The translations under genes and the position numbers were made by a program. Positions 11,350 through 23,539 of a stretch of 64,000 nucleotides of DNA are shown one piece after another. The DNA is taken from positions 10,824,978-10,888,977 of the forward strand of contig NC_083409.1 of the NCBI RefSeq assembly GCF_020745735.1, written 5' to 3'. Below the pieces are notes generated by a model that saw only the letters and a list, made by a program, of their open reading frames with translations, was not told the origin of the DNA and searched no databases. Each line of letters starts with the position of its first letter. Within the stretch, counting starts at the first letter, position 1. Source of the DNA: Hemiscyllium ocellatum. Taxonomy: Eukaryota.

Positions 11350-11615
11350 CCTCCTGTGCTGTCAGGTTCCAGGGAGTGCAGATGGTTCACAGTTTTCTCC
11401 CATCTCAGTAACAAACACCCAGCAGCTCCGAGCTCCTTCTTTCACTTCCTCTTTTGGTGAAGTTTCAACCTTGTGCTCTGACAGTCTTTGCAGTTATTTT
11501 TTACACTGGGGCTTTCTGCTGTGGTCAGAAACTCTAATAATAAGTGTCCAATCCGTGACAATCACAGCAGCTAAGAGTAGTCAGGACTGAGGAGCCAGGC
11601 TCACTGTGAAACATA
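11350..11615. promoter_or_regulatory. Candidate upstream B-cell enhancer, cluster A copy
   Basis: Sequence not recognisable as a transposon, with EICE GAGGAAGTGAAA (11451-11440, minus), RUNX TGTGGTC 11520-11526, MEF2 CTAATAATAA 11534-11543 and forkhead-like AACAAACA; about 96% identical to the cluster B copy. Confidence 0.6.
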
Positions 11616-12239
11616 TTGGGAAGATCAAAGCCATTCCCTTCAGCTCCTGGTATAAACTCCATCCCTCTCCCTGAGCACTATCTGCTGCTCAACCAGACTC
11701 TTTACAAACTTGGCCTCATCTTTGAGGCTGATCTGAGCACCATATCCTCCATCCACAAAGATCAGCCACTGAAAATGTCTGTCATGTCCATGGGACTCCA
11801 AACATGACCATGCCAATGTTGTGCTTGCACACATCACAGCCACTGCCCTCCGTAACCTTCAGCTCATCCCAAATTCTGCTGCCCATATCCAAACTCGCAC
11901 CAAATCCCATTCCTCCAACCTCCTGCACCCTGTGCCTACATTGGCTCCTGGTCCAGCAACATCTCGATTTTCAAATTCTCATCCTTGTTCTCAAGTCCCT
12001 CCCTGTCCTCCACTCTCCCTATCTCTGTAACCTCCTCCAAACTGCCTCACTCAGTGTGATCAACAATCTTGGATATATGGCTGTCTATTCCTTCATCCAA
12101 GTCATTTAGAAATATCGTGAAATGCTGAGGTTCTAGCCCAATTCCCTGGGGACACCACTATCCACATTTTGCTCATTGGAGAGCGCACACATTATCCCTC
12201 CTCTCTGTCTCCTCCCTCCAAACTAATTTCTGACCAAAG

Positions 12240-13320
12240 ATAAATATTTTTCCCTAACTGGCGAGAATGGGAGAAAGCAGAGGGACATAGTGGAAGGATA
12301 CTTGTCAGATTGGAGGCCTGAGTCTAGTGGAGTTCCTCAGGATTGATGCTGGGCCCATTACTGTTTGTCATCAATATCAATAATTTAGAAAACATGAGAA
12401 TAGCCGGTATTGTGGACAATGAGGAAGGTTATCAGATATTGTAGCAGGACCTTGATCAGCTGTGGAGGTGGGAAAAGAAATGATAAATTGAGTTTAATGT
12501 AGATAAGTATGAGGTCTTGCATTTTGGAAAGTTAAATCAATGTAGGAGTTTCATGGTGAATGGTAAGGCCTTAAGGACTGTAGTGGAACAGTGGGATCTC
12601 GGAGTTCAGGTGCACAGTTCTCTGAAAGTTGAGTCACAGTTAGACAGGGCAGTGAAGAAGGCTTTTGGCATACTGGCCGTCATCAGTCAGGGCACTGGGT
12701 GTAGAAGTTGGGAAGTTATGTTTCAATTGTACATGACATTGGTGAGGCTGCACTTGGAGTATTGTGTTCAGTTTTGGTCACCTTGTTTTAGGAAGGATAT
12801 TATTAAACTGGAAAGAGTGCAGAATAAATTTACAAGGATGTTGCCAGGTTTCAACATCTGAGTTTTTGGGAGAGTTTGGACAAGCTAGGACATTTTTCTT
12901 AAGAGTGTCGGAGACAAAAGGGGAATCTTTTAGAAGTGTATAAGATCTTGAGAGACATGGATAGGGTGAATGCACTCAGTCTTTGTCCCAGGGCTGGGGA
13001 ATCAAGGACTAGAGGGCATCAGTTGAAGGTTAGAATAAACGGGAACCTGAGGGGCAACATTTTTACACAGAGGGTGGTAGTCGTATGGAATGAGCTGCCA
13101 GCTGAAGTGATTGAGGCGGGTACATTAACAACATTTAAAAGGCATTTGGACAAATACATAGATAGTATGCAATTTGAAGGATATGGACCAAATGGAGGGA
13201 AATGGGGTTAGTGTGGATGGATATTTTGGTCAGCACGGTCCAGTTTGGGCCAAAGGGCCTGTATCTGTGCTGTAGGACTCGATGACTCTATGACTCTACA
13301 ATTCCATATGTTTCTATGTT
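12240..13320 (+). mobile_element. CR1 LINE 3' portion
   Basis: ORFs 12517-12861 (LVRLHLEYCVQFWSP) and 12936-13211. Confidence 0.88.
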
Positions 13321-13349
13321 TATGAACAGTCTCTCAAACATAGAAACAG

Positions 13350-16300
13350 AGGAACTAGGAGCAGGAGGAGGCCATTCAGCCCTTCGAGTCAGCTCTGTCA
13401 GTCAATATGACCATGACTGATCATCCAACTTAGTCTCCTGTTCCCATTTTTTCTCCATAACCTTAATCCCTTTAGTCCTAAGATCTATACCTGTCGCTTT
13501 CTTGAAAACATTTAATGTTTTGAGCTCAACTGCTTTCTGTGACAGAATATTCCACTAGCTTCCCACTCTCTGGCTAAAGAACTGTTCCTCATCTCAGTCC
13601 AAAATGGCCTTTCCATTTTCTTTAAACTGTAATTCCTGGTTCTGGACTCTCAAGTCATCATGAACATAATTCCTGTATTTTCTGGTCTTGTTCTGTTAGG
13701 ATTTTACAGGTTTCAATGTGATTCCTCTCAAATTTCTAAACTCCAGTGAATATAATCCTAACTGATCCAGTTTCTCATCAGATCTAAGTGCTGTCCTTCC
13801 AGGAATCAGTCTGGTAAACCTTCGCTGCCCTCCCTCCACAACCAGAACATCCTTCCTCAGGTAAGGAGACCAAAACTGCACACAACAGAAACATAAAATC
13901 ACACAGTACAGAAGAGGCCCTTCAGCCCATTAACTGTGTACTAGCCAAACTACAGTAAACCTATACCAGTCCCACTTTCCAACATCAGACCCATAGCTTG
14001 AATGTTCTGATATTTCAACTGCTCACCCAACTTCTTTTTAAAGTTTGTGAGGTTTCCCACGTCAACTACCCTCCCAGGATGTGCGTTCCAGACCCCCACC
14101 ACCCTCTGGGTAAAAAACACTTTCCTCAAAACATCTGGAAACCTCCTATCTTTGACATTGAATGTGAGCCAACTTGTTCTTGACCTTCCCAAGAAGGAGA
14201 ACAGCTGCTTTCTCTCCTCCCTGTCCATTCCCCTCATAACCTTATACACCTCTACCAGGTCCCCCCTCCACCTTCTCTGCTCTGAAGAAAACAACCCGAG
14301 CTGATCCAATTTCTCTTCATCACTGAGATGTTCCATCCCACACAACATCCTGGTGATTCCCCTCTGCACCCCATCCAGTGCAATCACATCCTTCCTACAG
14401 TGTGGTGACCTGAACTGCACACAGTACTCCAGCTGTGGTCTCACCAATGTTCTGCTTAACAGCAACATCTCCTCCTGCTGTTATAACCAATACCTGACAT
14501 GACAAAGGCAAGTGTCCCCTGTGCCTTCATAACTGCTCTGTTAACCTGTCTTGCCATTTTCAGGGATCAGTGGAGAAGCACCCAAGATCACTCTGTTCCT
14601 TTGTGCTTCCTCAGTTCAAAGACCAAAGAGCAATGAAAATTACAGCACAAGAACTGGCCCTTCGGCCCTACTAGCCTGCACTGGTCCATATCCTCCAACT
14701 AAACCTGTCATCAATTTTCCAAGGGTCTATCTCCCTTTGCTCCCTGCCCATCCATGTATCTATCTAGATATATCTTAAATGATGCTATTGTGCCTGCCTC
14801 TACCACCTCCACTGGCAACGTGTTCCAGGACCAATCACCCTCTGTGTGAAGAACTTTCCATACATATCTCCTTTCAATGTTTCCACTCTCACCTTGAACT
14901 CATGACCCCTGAGTAATTGAGTCCCCCACTCTGGGAAAAAGCTTCTTGCTATCCACCCTGTCTATACCTCTCATGATTTTGTAGACCCCAATCAGGTTCC
15001 CCCCTCAACGTTCGACTTTCTAATGAAAATAATCCTAATCTACTAAGCCTCTCTTCATAGCTAGTGCCCTCCATACCAGGCAATCCTGGTGAACCTCCTC
15101 TGCACCCTCTCCAAAGCATTCACATCTTTCTGGTAATGTGGCAACCAGAACGGTACACAGTATTCCAAATGTGGCCAAGCCAAAGGCTGATATAATTCTA
15201 ATATGACCTTCCAACTCTTTTGCTGAATACCACGTCTGGTGAAAGAAGGTATGCCATATGCCTTCTTGAACACTCTATCGATCTGTGTTGTCACCTCCAG
15301 GGTACAATGGACCTGAACACCCAGGTCTCTCTGGGCATCAATTTTCCCAGGGTGTTCCATTCACCGTACAGTTTACTCCAGATTTGGATCTTCCAAATTT
15401 CTTCAGATCGCATTTGCCTGGTTGAACTCCATCCATCCGTTTCTCTGCCCAACTCTCCAATCTATGTATATTCTGCTACATTCTCTGACAGTCCCCTTCC
15501 CTATCTGCTACTCCACCAATCTTAGTGTCATCTGCAAACTTGCTAATCAGACCACCTATACCTTCCTCCAGATCATTTATGTCTTTCCAAAACAAGAGTG
15601 GTACCAGCACGGATTCCTGTTCTCCATTTTGAGAAACTCCGTCCTTTACTATCGTCTGTCTTCTGTTGCCCAGCCTGTTCTCTATCCAACTAATGAGTAC
15701 ACTCTGGACCCCATGCGACTTAAATTTCTTTATCAGGCTGCCATGGGGAACTTTATCAAACGCATTCCTGAAATCCATGTGTATGACATCCACAGCCCTT
15801 CCCTCATCAATCAACTTCATCACTTCTTCAAAAAATTCTATAAAGATGGTAAGACATGACATTCCCTGCACAACTTCACGCTGTCTATAACTAATAAGTC
15901 AATTTTCTTCCAAATATAAATAGATCTTATCCCTCAGTATCTTCTCCAGCAGCTTCCCTACCACTACATCAGGCTCACTGGTTGATAGTTACCTGGATTA
16001 TACTGGCTACCCTTCTTAAACATTAGTAATTCTCCACTCCTCTGGGACCTCATCCATGTTCAAAGTTGCTACAAAGATATCGATTAAGGCCCCAGCTATT
16101 TCCTCTCTTGCTTCCCTCAGAACCTGGGATCGATCCCATCCCGACCTGGGGACTTGTCCACCTTGATGCCGTTTAAAATACCCAAAACTTCCTCCCTCCT
16201 TAAACCGACTTGACCCTGAGTAATCAAACATCTATCCCCAACTTCAACACCTGTCATTTCCCTCTCCTTGGTGAATACCGACGTAAAGCACTTATTAAGA

Positions 16301-18200
16301 ATCTCATCCATTTTCTCTGCCTCCACACATAACTTTCCTCCTTTGTCCTTGAGTGGGCCAACCCTTTCTCTAGTCACCCACTTGCTCCTTATATATGAAT
16401 AAAAGGATTTGGGATTTTCCTTAATCCTGTTTGTTAATGATATTTTGTGACCCCTTTTAGCCCTTTTAATTCCTCACTTCAGGTTGGTCCTACTTTCACA
16501 ATATTCTTCCAAAGCTTTGCCTGTTTTCAGCTACCTCGACCATATGTATTCATCCTTTTTCCTCTTAGCTAGTCTCACAATTTCATCTGTCATCCAGCGT
16601 TTCCTAGTCCTGCCATTTCAATCCCTTATTTTCACAGGGACATGTCTGTCCGGACTCTAGTCAACCTCTCTTTAAAAGCCTCCCACATATCAAATATGGA
16701 TTTCCCTTTAAACAGCTACTCCCAATCCACATTCCCCAGCTCCTGCCAAATTTTGCTATAGTTGGCCTTCCCCCAGTTTAGCCATCTTCCTTTCGGACCA
16801 CTCTCGTCTTTGTCCAGGAGTATTCTAAAACTTATGGAATTGTGGTCACTGTTACCAAAATAATCCCCTAGTGAAATTTCAACCACCTGGCCGGGCTCAT
16901 TCCCCAATACCTGGCCCCTTCCTGAGTTAGATTATTTCCACATTACTCTGTAAAATCCTCCTGAATGCTCCTTGCAAATTCTGCTCCATCTAAACTGCTA
17001 ACATGAAGTGAATCCCAGTCAATGTTGGGAAAATTAAAATTTTCCATCACCCACCACCTTGTTACTCCTACATCTTTCCATAATCTGATTACATATTTGT
17101 ACCTCTATCTCACGTTCACTGTTAGGAGGCTTGTAGGATAGCACCAACATTGTTACTGCACCCTTCCTATTTCTGAGCTCTGCCCATATTGCCCCACTGC
17201 TCGAGTCCTCCATAGTGCCTTCCTTCAGCACACCTGTGATAACCACTCTGACCTGTAATGCAACTCCTCCATCCCTTTTACCTCCCTCTCAAACCCATCT
17301 GATACATCTGTATCCTGGGATATTTAGTTGCCAATCTTGCCCTTCCCTCAACCACGTCTCAGTAATAGCAATAACATCATACTCCCAGATACTATTCCAA
17401 TCCCAAAATTCCTCTGCCTTACCTACTACACTTCTCACATTAAAACAATACACCTCAGACCATTTGTCCCTTTGCTTTCATCATCTGCCCCCAACCTACT
17501 CTTAACCTTAGTCACGCTGACTTCAATATCTAGTTCCTGACAGGCTTTAGTTACTCCCTCCTTATTGTCCACTAACTTCCTCATTTGGTTCCCATCCCTC
17601 TGCTACACTATTTTGAACGTGATCAAACATATCCCACAGGACACTGGTTCCAGTCCTGCCCAGGTGTAGACCACTCGATTTGTAATTGTCCCACCTCCCC
17701 AGGAACCAGTCCCAATGCCCCAAAAATCTGAACCCCTCCCTCCTGCACCATCTCTCAAGCCACGCATTCATCCTGCCTATACTTTCATTTTGACTCTGAC
17801 TAGCACATGGCACTGGGAGCAATCCTGAGATTACTACCTCTGAGATCATACATTTTAATATGGTTCCTAACTCCCTAAATTCTGCTTGTCCGCCCTCATT
17901 CCATTTATTACCGATATCATCGGCGCTTACATGCACCATCACAGCTAGCTGTTCACCTCCCCCTTCAGAATGTCCTGCAGCTGATCTGAGACATGCCTGA
18001 GCCGTACAACTGGGAGGCAACATGCTATTCGTGAGTCTTGTCTTTGACCACAGAACCGCCGATCTACTCCCTTTACAAAGTCCAAACAAACCATATCCAT
18101 GGGCCCCCCCTTATCAAATCCACTCACTACATCCTCAAACAATTCCAGTCGATTTTTTAAGCATGATTTCCCTTTCAACAATTCATGCTTACTATCTCCA
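13350..18200 (-). mobile_element. Stacked CR1 LINEs including a near full-length decayed copy (ORF1 esterase, endonuclease, RT)
   Basis: ORFs 13950-14468, 15061-15360, 15476-15871, 16716-16907 (GNSDHNS), 17562-18089 (SGNH-like). Confidence 0.85.
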
Positions 18201-18939
18201 GTTCTGTCACTGTTTTCAAAGTGCTAAGCTATCAAATATTTGGAATGAACTTGAGCATTTTCTCCACTGCTGATTTCTGGCTAATTGGTCTAAAATGTTT
18301 TATTTTCCCCCTCTCTATCTCTCTCTCTTTTTCAATAATTGTGTTAAATTAGGTCCCTCCACTCTGTTTGACCTATTCCACAGTCGACAAACAGATAACC
18401 ATCAATGTTTCTAATATTTTACAACCCACTTCCTGAAGCACTCCTGAAAATAGATTATTTGGCCCTGCTGATTTAACACACTTTAATTTTCCCAGAACCA
18501 TTTTCCTCAACAACTGATTTCCTTCAGCTCCTTCCTCTGATAAAACTCCAAGTTCACCAACATGTCTGAGATTTATTTGAGAATTCATTTGTGCAGAAAG
18601 ATTCAGAATATGTTTATCTGTCATCTCTTTGTTCCAACTATAACATTATAACACTTGTGTGAAGCTTCCTTGAATGTCATCTGGACGTCCATATAAACAA
18701 CACATTCCCTTATCTCACACATTAGTGACCTCGTTAAAACATGTAACCAGGTTAGTTAAAAATGTCTGACCCTTTTTAAATCCATGCTGACTTACTCTGA
18801 TCTGTTCATATATGTCAGACATTCTGTCTCTAAACCAGCTTCAATTACTTCCCAACAATAGACATTCGACGGAGATGTTCATTGTGAGTGAGGTTAGTAA
18901 ACAGCTAGCACTGACATGACGGGCTGAACAGCCTCCTCC

Positions 18940-21900
18940 TAGAGTCACAGAGTCAAAGAGATATTCAGCATGGAAACAGACCCTTCGGTCCAACTTGTCC
19001 ATGCCGACCAGACATCCCAAACCAATCTAGTCCCACCTGCCAACTCCTGGCCCAGATCCCTCCAAACCCTTCCTATTCATATACCCATCCAGATGCCTTT
19101 TAAATGTTGCAATTGTACCAGCATCTACCACTTCCTCTGGCAGCCCCATTCCGCACTCGCACCACCCTGTGCGTGAAAAAGTTGCTCCTCAATTCTCTTT
19201 TATATCTTTCCTCTCTTACCCTAAACCTATGCCCTCTATTACTGGACTCCACCACCCCAGGGAAAAGACTTGGTCTCTTTGCCCTATCCATGCTCCTCAT
19301 GATTTTATAAACCTCTGTAAGGTCACTCCTCAGCCTCCGACACTCCAGGGAAAACATCCCCAGCCTATTTAACCTCTCCCTATAGCTTAAATTCTCCAAC
19401 CCTGGTAACATCCTTTTAAATCTTTTCTGAACCCTTTCAAGTTTCACAACATCTTTCTGATAGGAAGGAGACCAGAATTGAATGCAATACTCCAAAAGTG
19501 GCCTAGGTGACCTCCCAATTCCTATACTCAATAATCTGACCATTAAAGGAAAGCATATCGAATGTCTTCTTCATTATCCTATCCACCGACTACTCTACTT
19601 TCAAGGAGCTATGAACATGCACTCCAAAGTCTCTTTGTTCAGCAACACTCCCAAGGACCTTACTATTAAGAGTATAAGTGCTGCTCAGATTTGCTTTCCC
19701 AAATGCAGCACCTTACATTTATCTAAATTAAACTCCATCTGCCATTCCTCAGCTCAATGGCCCATTGGATCAAGATCCTGTTGTAATCTGAGGTAACCTT
19801 CTTCACTGTCCACTTCACCCCCAATTTTCGTGTCATTTGCAAACTTACTAACTCTACCGCCTATGTTCATATCCAAATCATTTATTTAAATGACAAAAAG
19901 TAGTTGACTCAGCACCATTCCTTATGACACTCCACTGGCCACAGGCCTCCAATCTGAAAAACATCCCTCCACTACCACCCTCTGTATTCTACCTTTGAGC
20001 CAGTTCTGTATCCAAATGGCTAGTTCTCCTGTATTCCATGAGATCTAACCTTGCTAACCTATCTCCCATGGGGAACCTTGTCGAATGCCTTACTGAAGTC
20101 CATTCAGATCCTGTCTAAGGCTGTGCCCTTATCAATTCTTTCTGTTACTTCTTCAAAAGATTCATTCAAGTTTGTGAGACATGATTTCCCACACACAAAA
20201 CCATGCTGCCCAACCCTAATCAGTCTTTGCCTTTCCAAATGTATGGACAATTTGTCCCTCAGGATTCCTTCCAAGAACTTCCTCACAATCGACGTCTGGC
20301 TCATTGGTCTACAATTCCCTGACTTGTCCTTACCACCTTTCTTAAATAGTGGCACCAATTAGTGAACCTCCAGTCTTCTGGCACATCATCTGTGACTATT
20401 GAGGATACAAATATCACAGTATGATGCCCAGCAATCACTTCCCTAGCTTCCCACAGAGTCCTGGGGTACACCTAATTAGGTCCTGGGGATTTATCCACTT
20501 TTATGCATTTCAAGACATCTAGCATCTCCTCGTCTGAAATAAGAACATTTTTCAAGATGTCACCATCCATTACCCTACGTTCTATAATCTTCAATATCCT
20601 TCTCCACCGTTAAACTGAAGCAAAATACTCGTTTGGTATCTGCCCCATCTCGTGCGGCTCCACACAAAGGTCGCCTTTCTGATCTTTGAGGGGCCCTATT
20701 CTCTCCTTAGTTACCCTCTTGTCCTTAATGTATTCGTAAAACCCCTCTGGATTCTCCTTAACCTTATTTGTCAAAACTCTCTCATGTCCCCTTGTTGCCC
20801 TCCTGATTTCCCTCTTAAGAATACTCCTACTGCCTTTGTATGCCTCTAAGGATTCACTCGATCTATCCTGTCAATACCTGACATATGCTCCATTCTTTTT
20901 CTTAACCAAACCCTCAATGTTTCTTGTCATCCAATATTCCCTACACCTACCAGCCTTTCCTTTCACCCTAACTAAAATATACTTTCTCTGGACTCAAGTT
21001 ATATCACTTCTGAAGGCTTCTCATTTTCCAGCTGTCCCTTTACCTGTGAGCAACTTCCCCCAATCAGCTTTTCAGAGTTTTAGATTAGATTGCTTAGTGT
21101 GGAAACAGGCCCTTCAGCCCAACAAGTCCAGACGGACCCTCCGAAGAGCAACCCACCCAGACCCATTCCCCTATGTTTACCGCTTCACCTAACACTATGG
21201 ACAATTTAGCATGGCCAATTCACCTAACCTGCACTTTTTTAGACTGTGGGAGGAAACCGGAGCACCCGTAGGAAACCCACGCTGACATGGGGAGTATGTG
21301 CAAACTGCACACAGACAGTTGCCTGAGGTGGGAATTGAACCCGGGGCTCTGGCACTGTGAGGCAGCAGTGTTAACCACTGTGCCACCGTGCCTGATACTG
21401 GCAAAATTAGCCTTCCTCCAATTTAGAACTTCAACTTCTGGATCTGGTCTATCCTTTTCCATCACTATTTTAAAATGAATAGAATTATGCTCGCTGAGCA
21501 AAAGTGCTCCTCCACTTGCACCTCAGTCACCTGCCCTGCATTATTTCCCAAGAGAAGGTCGAGTTCTGCACCTTCTCTAGTAGGTACATCCACATACTGA
21601 ATCAGAAAATTGTCTTGTACACACTTAACAAATTCCTCTCCATCTAAATCCTTAACACTATGGCAGTCCCAGTCTATGTTTGGAAAGTTAAAATCCCCTA
21701 CTATAACCACCCCATTATTCTTACTGATAACTGAAATCTCCTTAAAAATTTATTTCTCAATTTCCCGCTGACTACTGGACGGGGGCTATAGTATAATCCC
21801 AAGAAGGTGATTATCCCCTTCTTTTTTCTCAGTTCCACCCAAATAATTTCCCTGGATGTATTTCTGGGAATATCCTCCCTAAGTACAGCTGTAATGTTAT

Positions 21901-23480
21901 CCCTTATCAAAAATGCCACTCCCCCTCCTCTCTGGCCTCCCTTTCTGTCCTTCCTATAGCATTTGTATCCTAGAACATGAAACAGCCAGTCCTGTCCATC
22001 CCTGAGCCATGTTTCTGTAATTGCCATGCTATCCCAGTCCCACGTTCCTAACCATGCCCTATGTTCATCTTCCTTCCCTGTTAGGCCTCTTGCATTTGTT
22101 CCCGCCTGCCCTGACTCTTTGACTTGCCTTTGTTCTCAACTATACCAATCTCAGATTGAAATATTTCCTCACTATCTCCCTGGGTCCCTCCCACCCATCT
22201 TACTAGTTTAAATCCTCCCAAGCAGCTCTAGCAAACTCCCTGCCAGTATATTAATCCCCTTCCAATTTAGGTGCAATCCGTCCTTCTTGTACAGGTCACT
22301 TCTACCTCAAATTTGCCACCCAGGTAAATAGTGCTGTGAGGAAGGCATATGGTGTACTGGGCTTTATTGGTAGAGGAATTGAGTTCCGGAGTCCTGAGGT
22401 CATGTTGCAGTTGTGTAAGACTCTGGTGTGGCCTCATCTGGAGTATTGTGTGCAGTTTTGGTCGCCATACTATAGGAAGGATGTGGAGGCATTGGAACGA
22501 GTGCAGAGGAGGTTTACCAGGATGTTGCCTGGCATGGTAGGAAGATCATATGAGGAAAGGCTGAGGCACTTGGGCCTGTTCTCATTGGAGAAAAGAAGGT
22601 TTAGGGGAGATTTGATAGAGGTGTATAAGATGATTAGGGGTTTAGATAGGGTAGACACTGAGAACCTTTTACCGCTAATGGAGTCAGCTGTTACTAGGGG
22701 ACACAGCTTTAAATTAAGGGGTGGTAGGTATAGGACAGATGTTAGGGGTAGATTCTTTACGCAGCGGGTTGTGAGTTCATGGAATGCCCTGCCAGTAGCA
22801 GTGGTGAACTCTCCCTCTTTATGGTCATTTAAGCGGGCATTGGATAGGCATATGGAAGTTATTGGGCTAGTGTAGGTTAGGTAGGATTTGGTCGGCGCAA
22901 CATCGAGGGCCGAAGGGCCTGTACTGCGCTGTATTTTTCTATGTTCTATGTTCTATGTTCTATTTAAAACAGCTTCCAAAGATTCAAAAATGTGAATCCT
23001 TCTCCCATACACCAGCTCCTTAGCCATGCATTCATCTGCTCTATCCTACTATTCCTGCCCTCACTAGCTCATAGCACTGGGGGTAATTTAGATATTACTA
23101 CTCTCGAGGATCTCCTTTTTAACTTCCTGCCTAACTCTCTGCAATCTACCTTCAGAATCTCAACCTTTTCCCTTCCTATGTCGTTGGTTCCAAAGTGTAC
23201 AATGACCTCCTGCTGGTCCCTCTCCACCTTAAGAACATTTTGCACCCTCCCTGAGACATCCTTGATCCTGGCACCAGGGAAGCAACACAACATTCTGGCT
23301 TTTCACTGCTGGCCACAGAAACATCTGTCTGTACCTCGGGCTAGAGAGTCCCCTAACACAGTCGATCATTTGGAACCCGACATACGTCCCATTACATTAG
23401 AGCCAGTGTCAATACCAGGAACTTGGCTGCTCATGCTAAGTACCCCTGAGTTTCCATGACTCCCTACATTTTCCAAAGCA
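18940..23480 (-). mobile_element. Long CR1 LINE with nested V-SINE (21080-21393, minus) and nested CR1 (22311-22962, plus)
   Basis: ORFs 19100-19543, 20104-20358, 21701-22027 (AITETWL), 23069-23293 (ORF1); host sequence resumes after each insertion. Confidence 0.85.
22311..22962 (+). mobile_element. Young 5'-truncated CR1 (HER1-like) with an uninterrupted RT C-terminal ORF and (TTCTATG)n tail
   Basis: ORF 22336-22875 of 179 aa without stops; 3' tail shared with the SINEs. Confidence 0.88.
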
Positions 23481-23539
23481 GCATACTTGTTTGAAATGGG
23501 AATAGCCACAGAAGACACCTGCACCTCTCTGGCCTTTCC

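Larger units (their letters stand above)
2840..12235. repeat. Left arm of the inverted segmental duplication carrying V-J cluster A
   Basis: Reverse-complement homology to 34490-45910 across the CR1 ORF1 fragment, J intron, J, V, promoter, CT-rich tract and upstream block; interrupted by arm-specific transposons. Confidence 0.88.
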
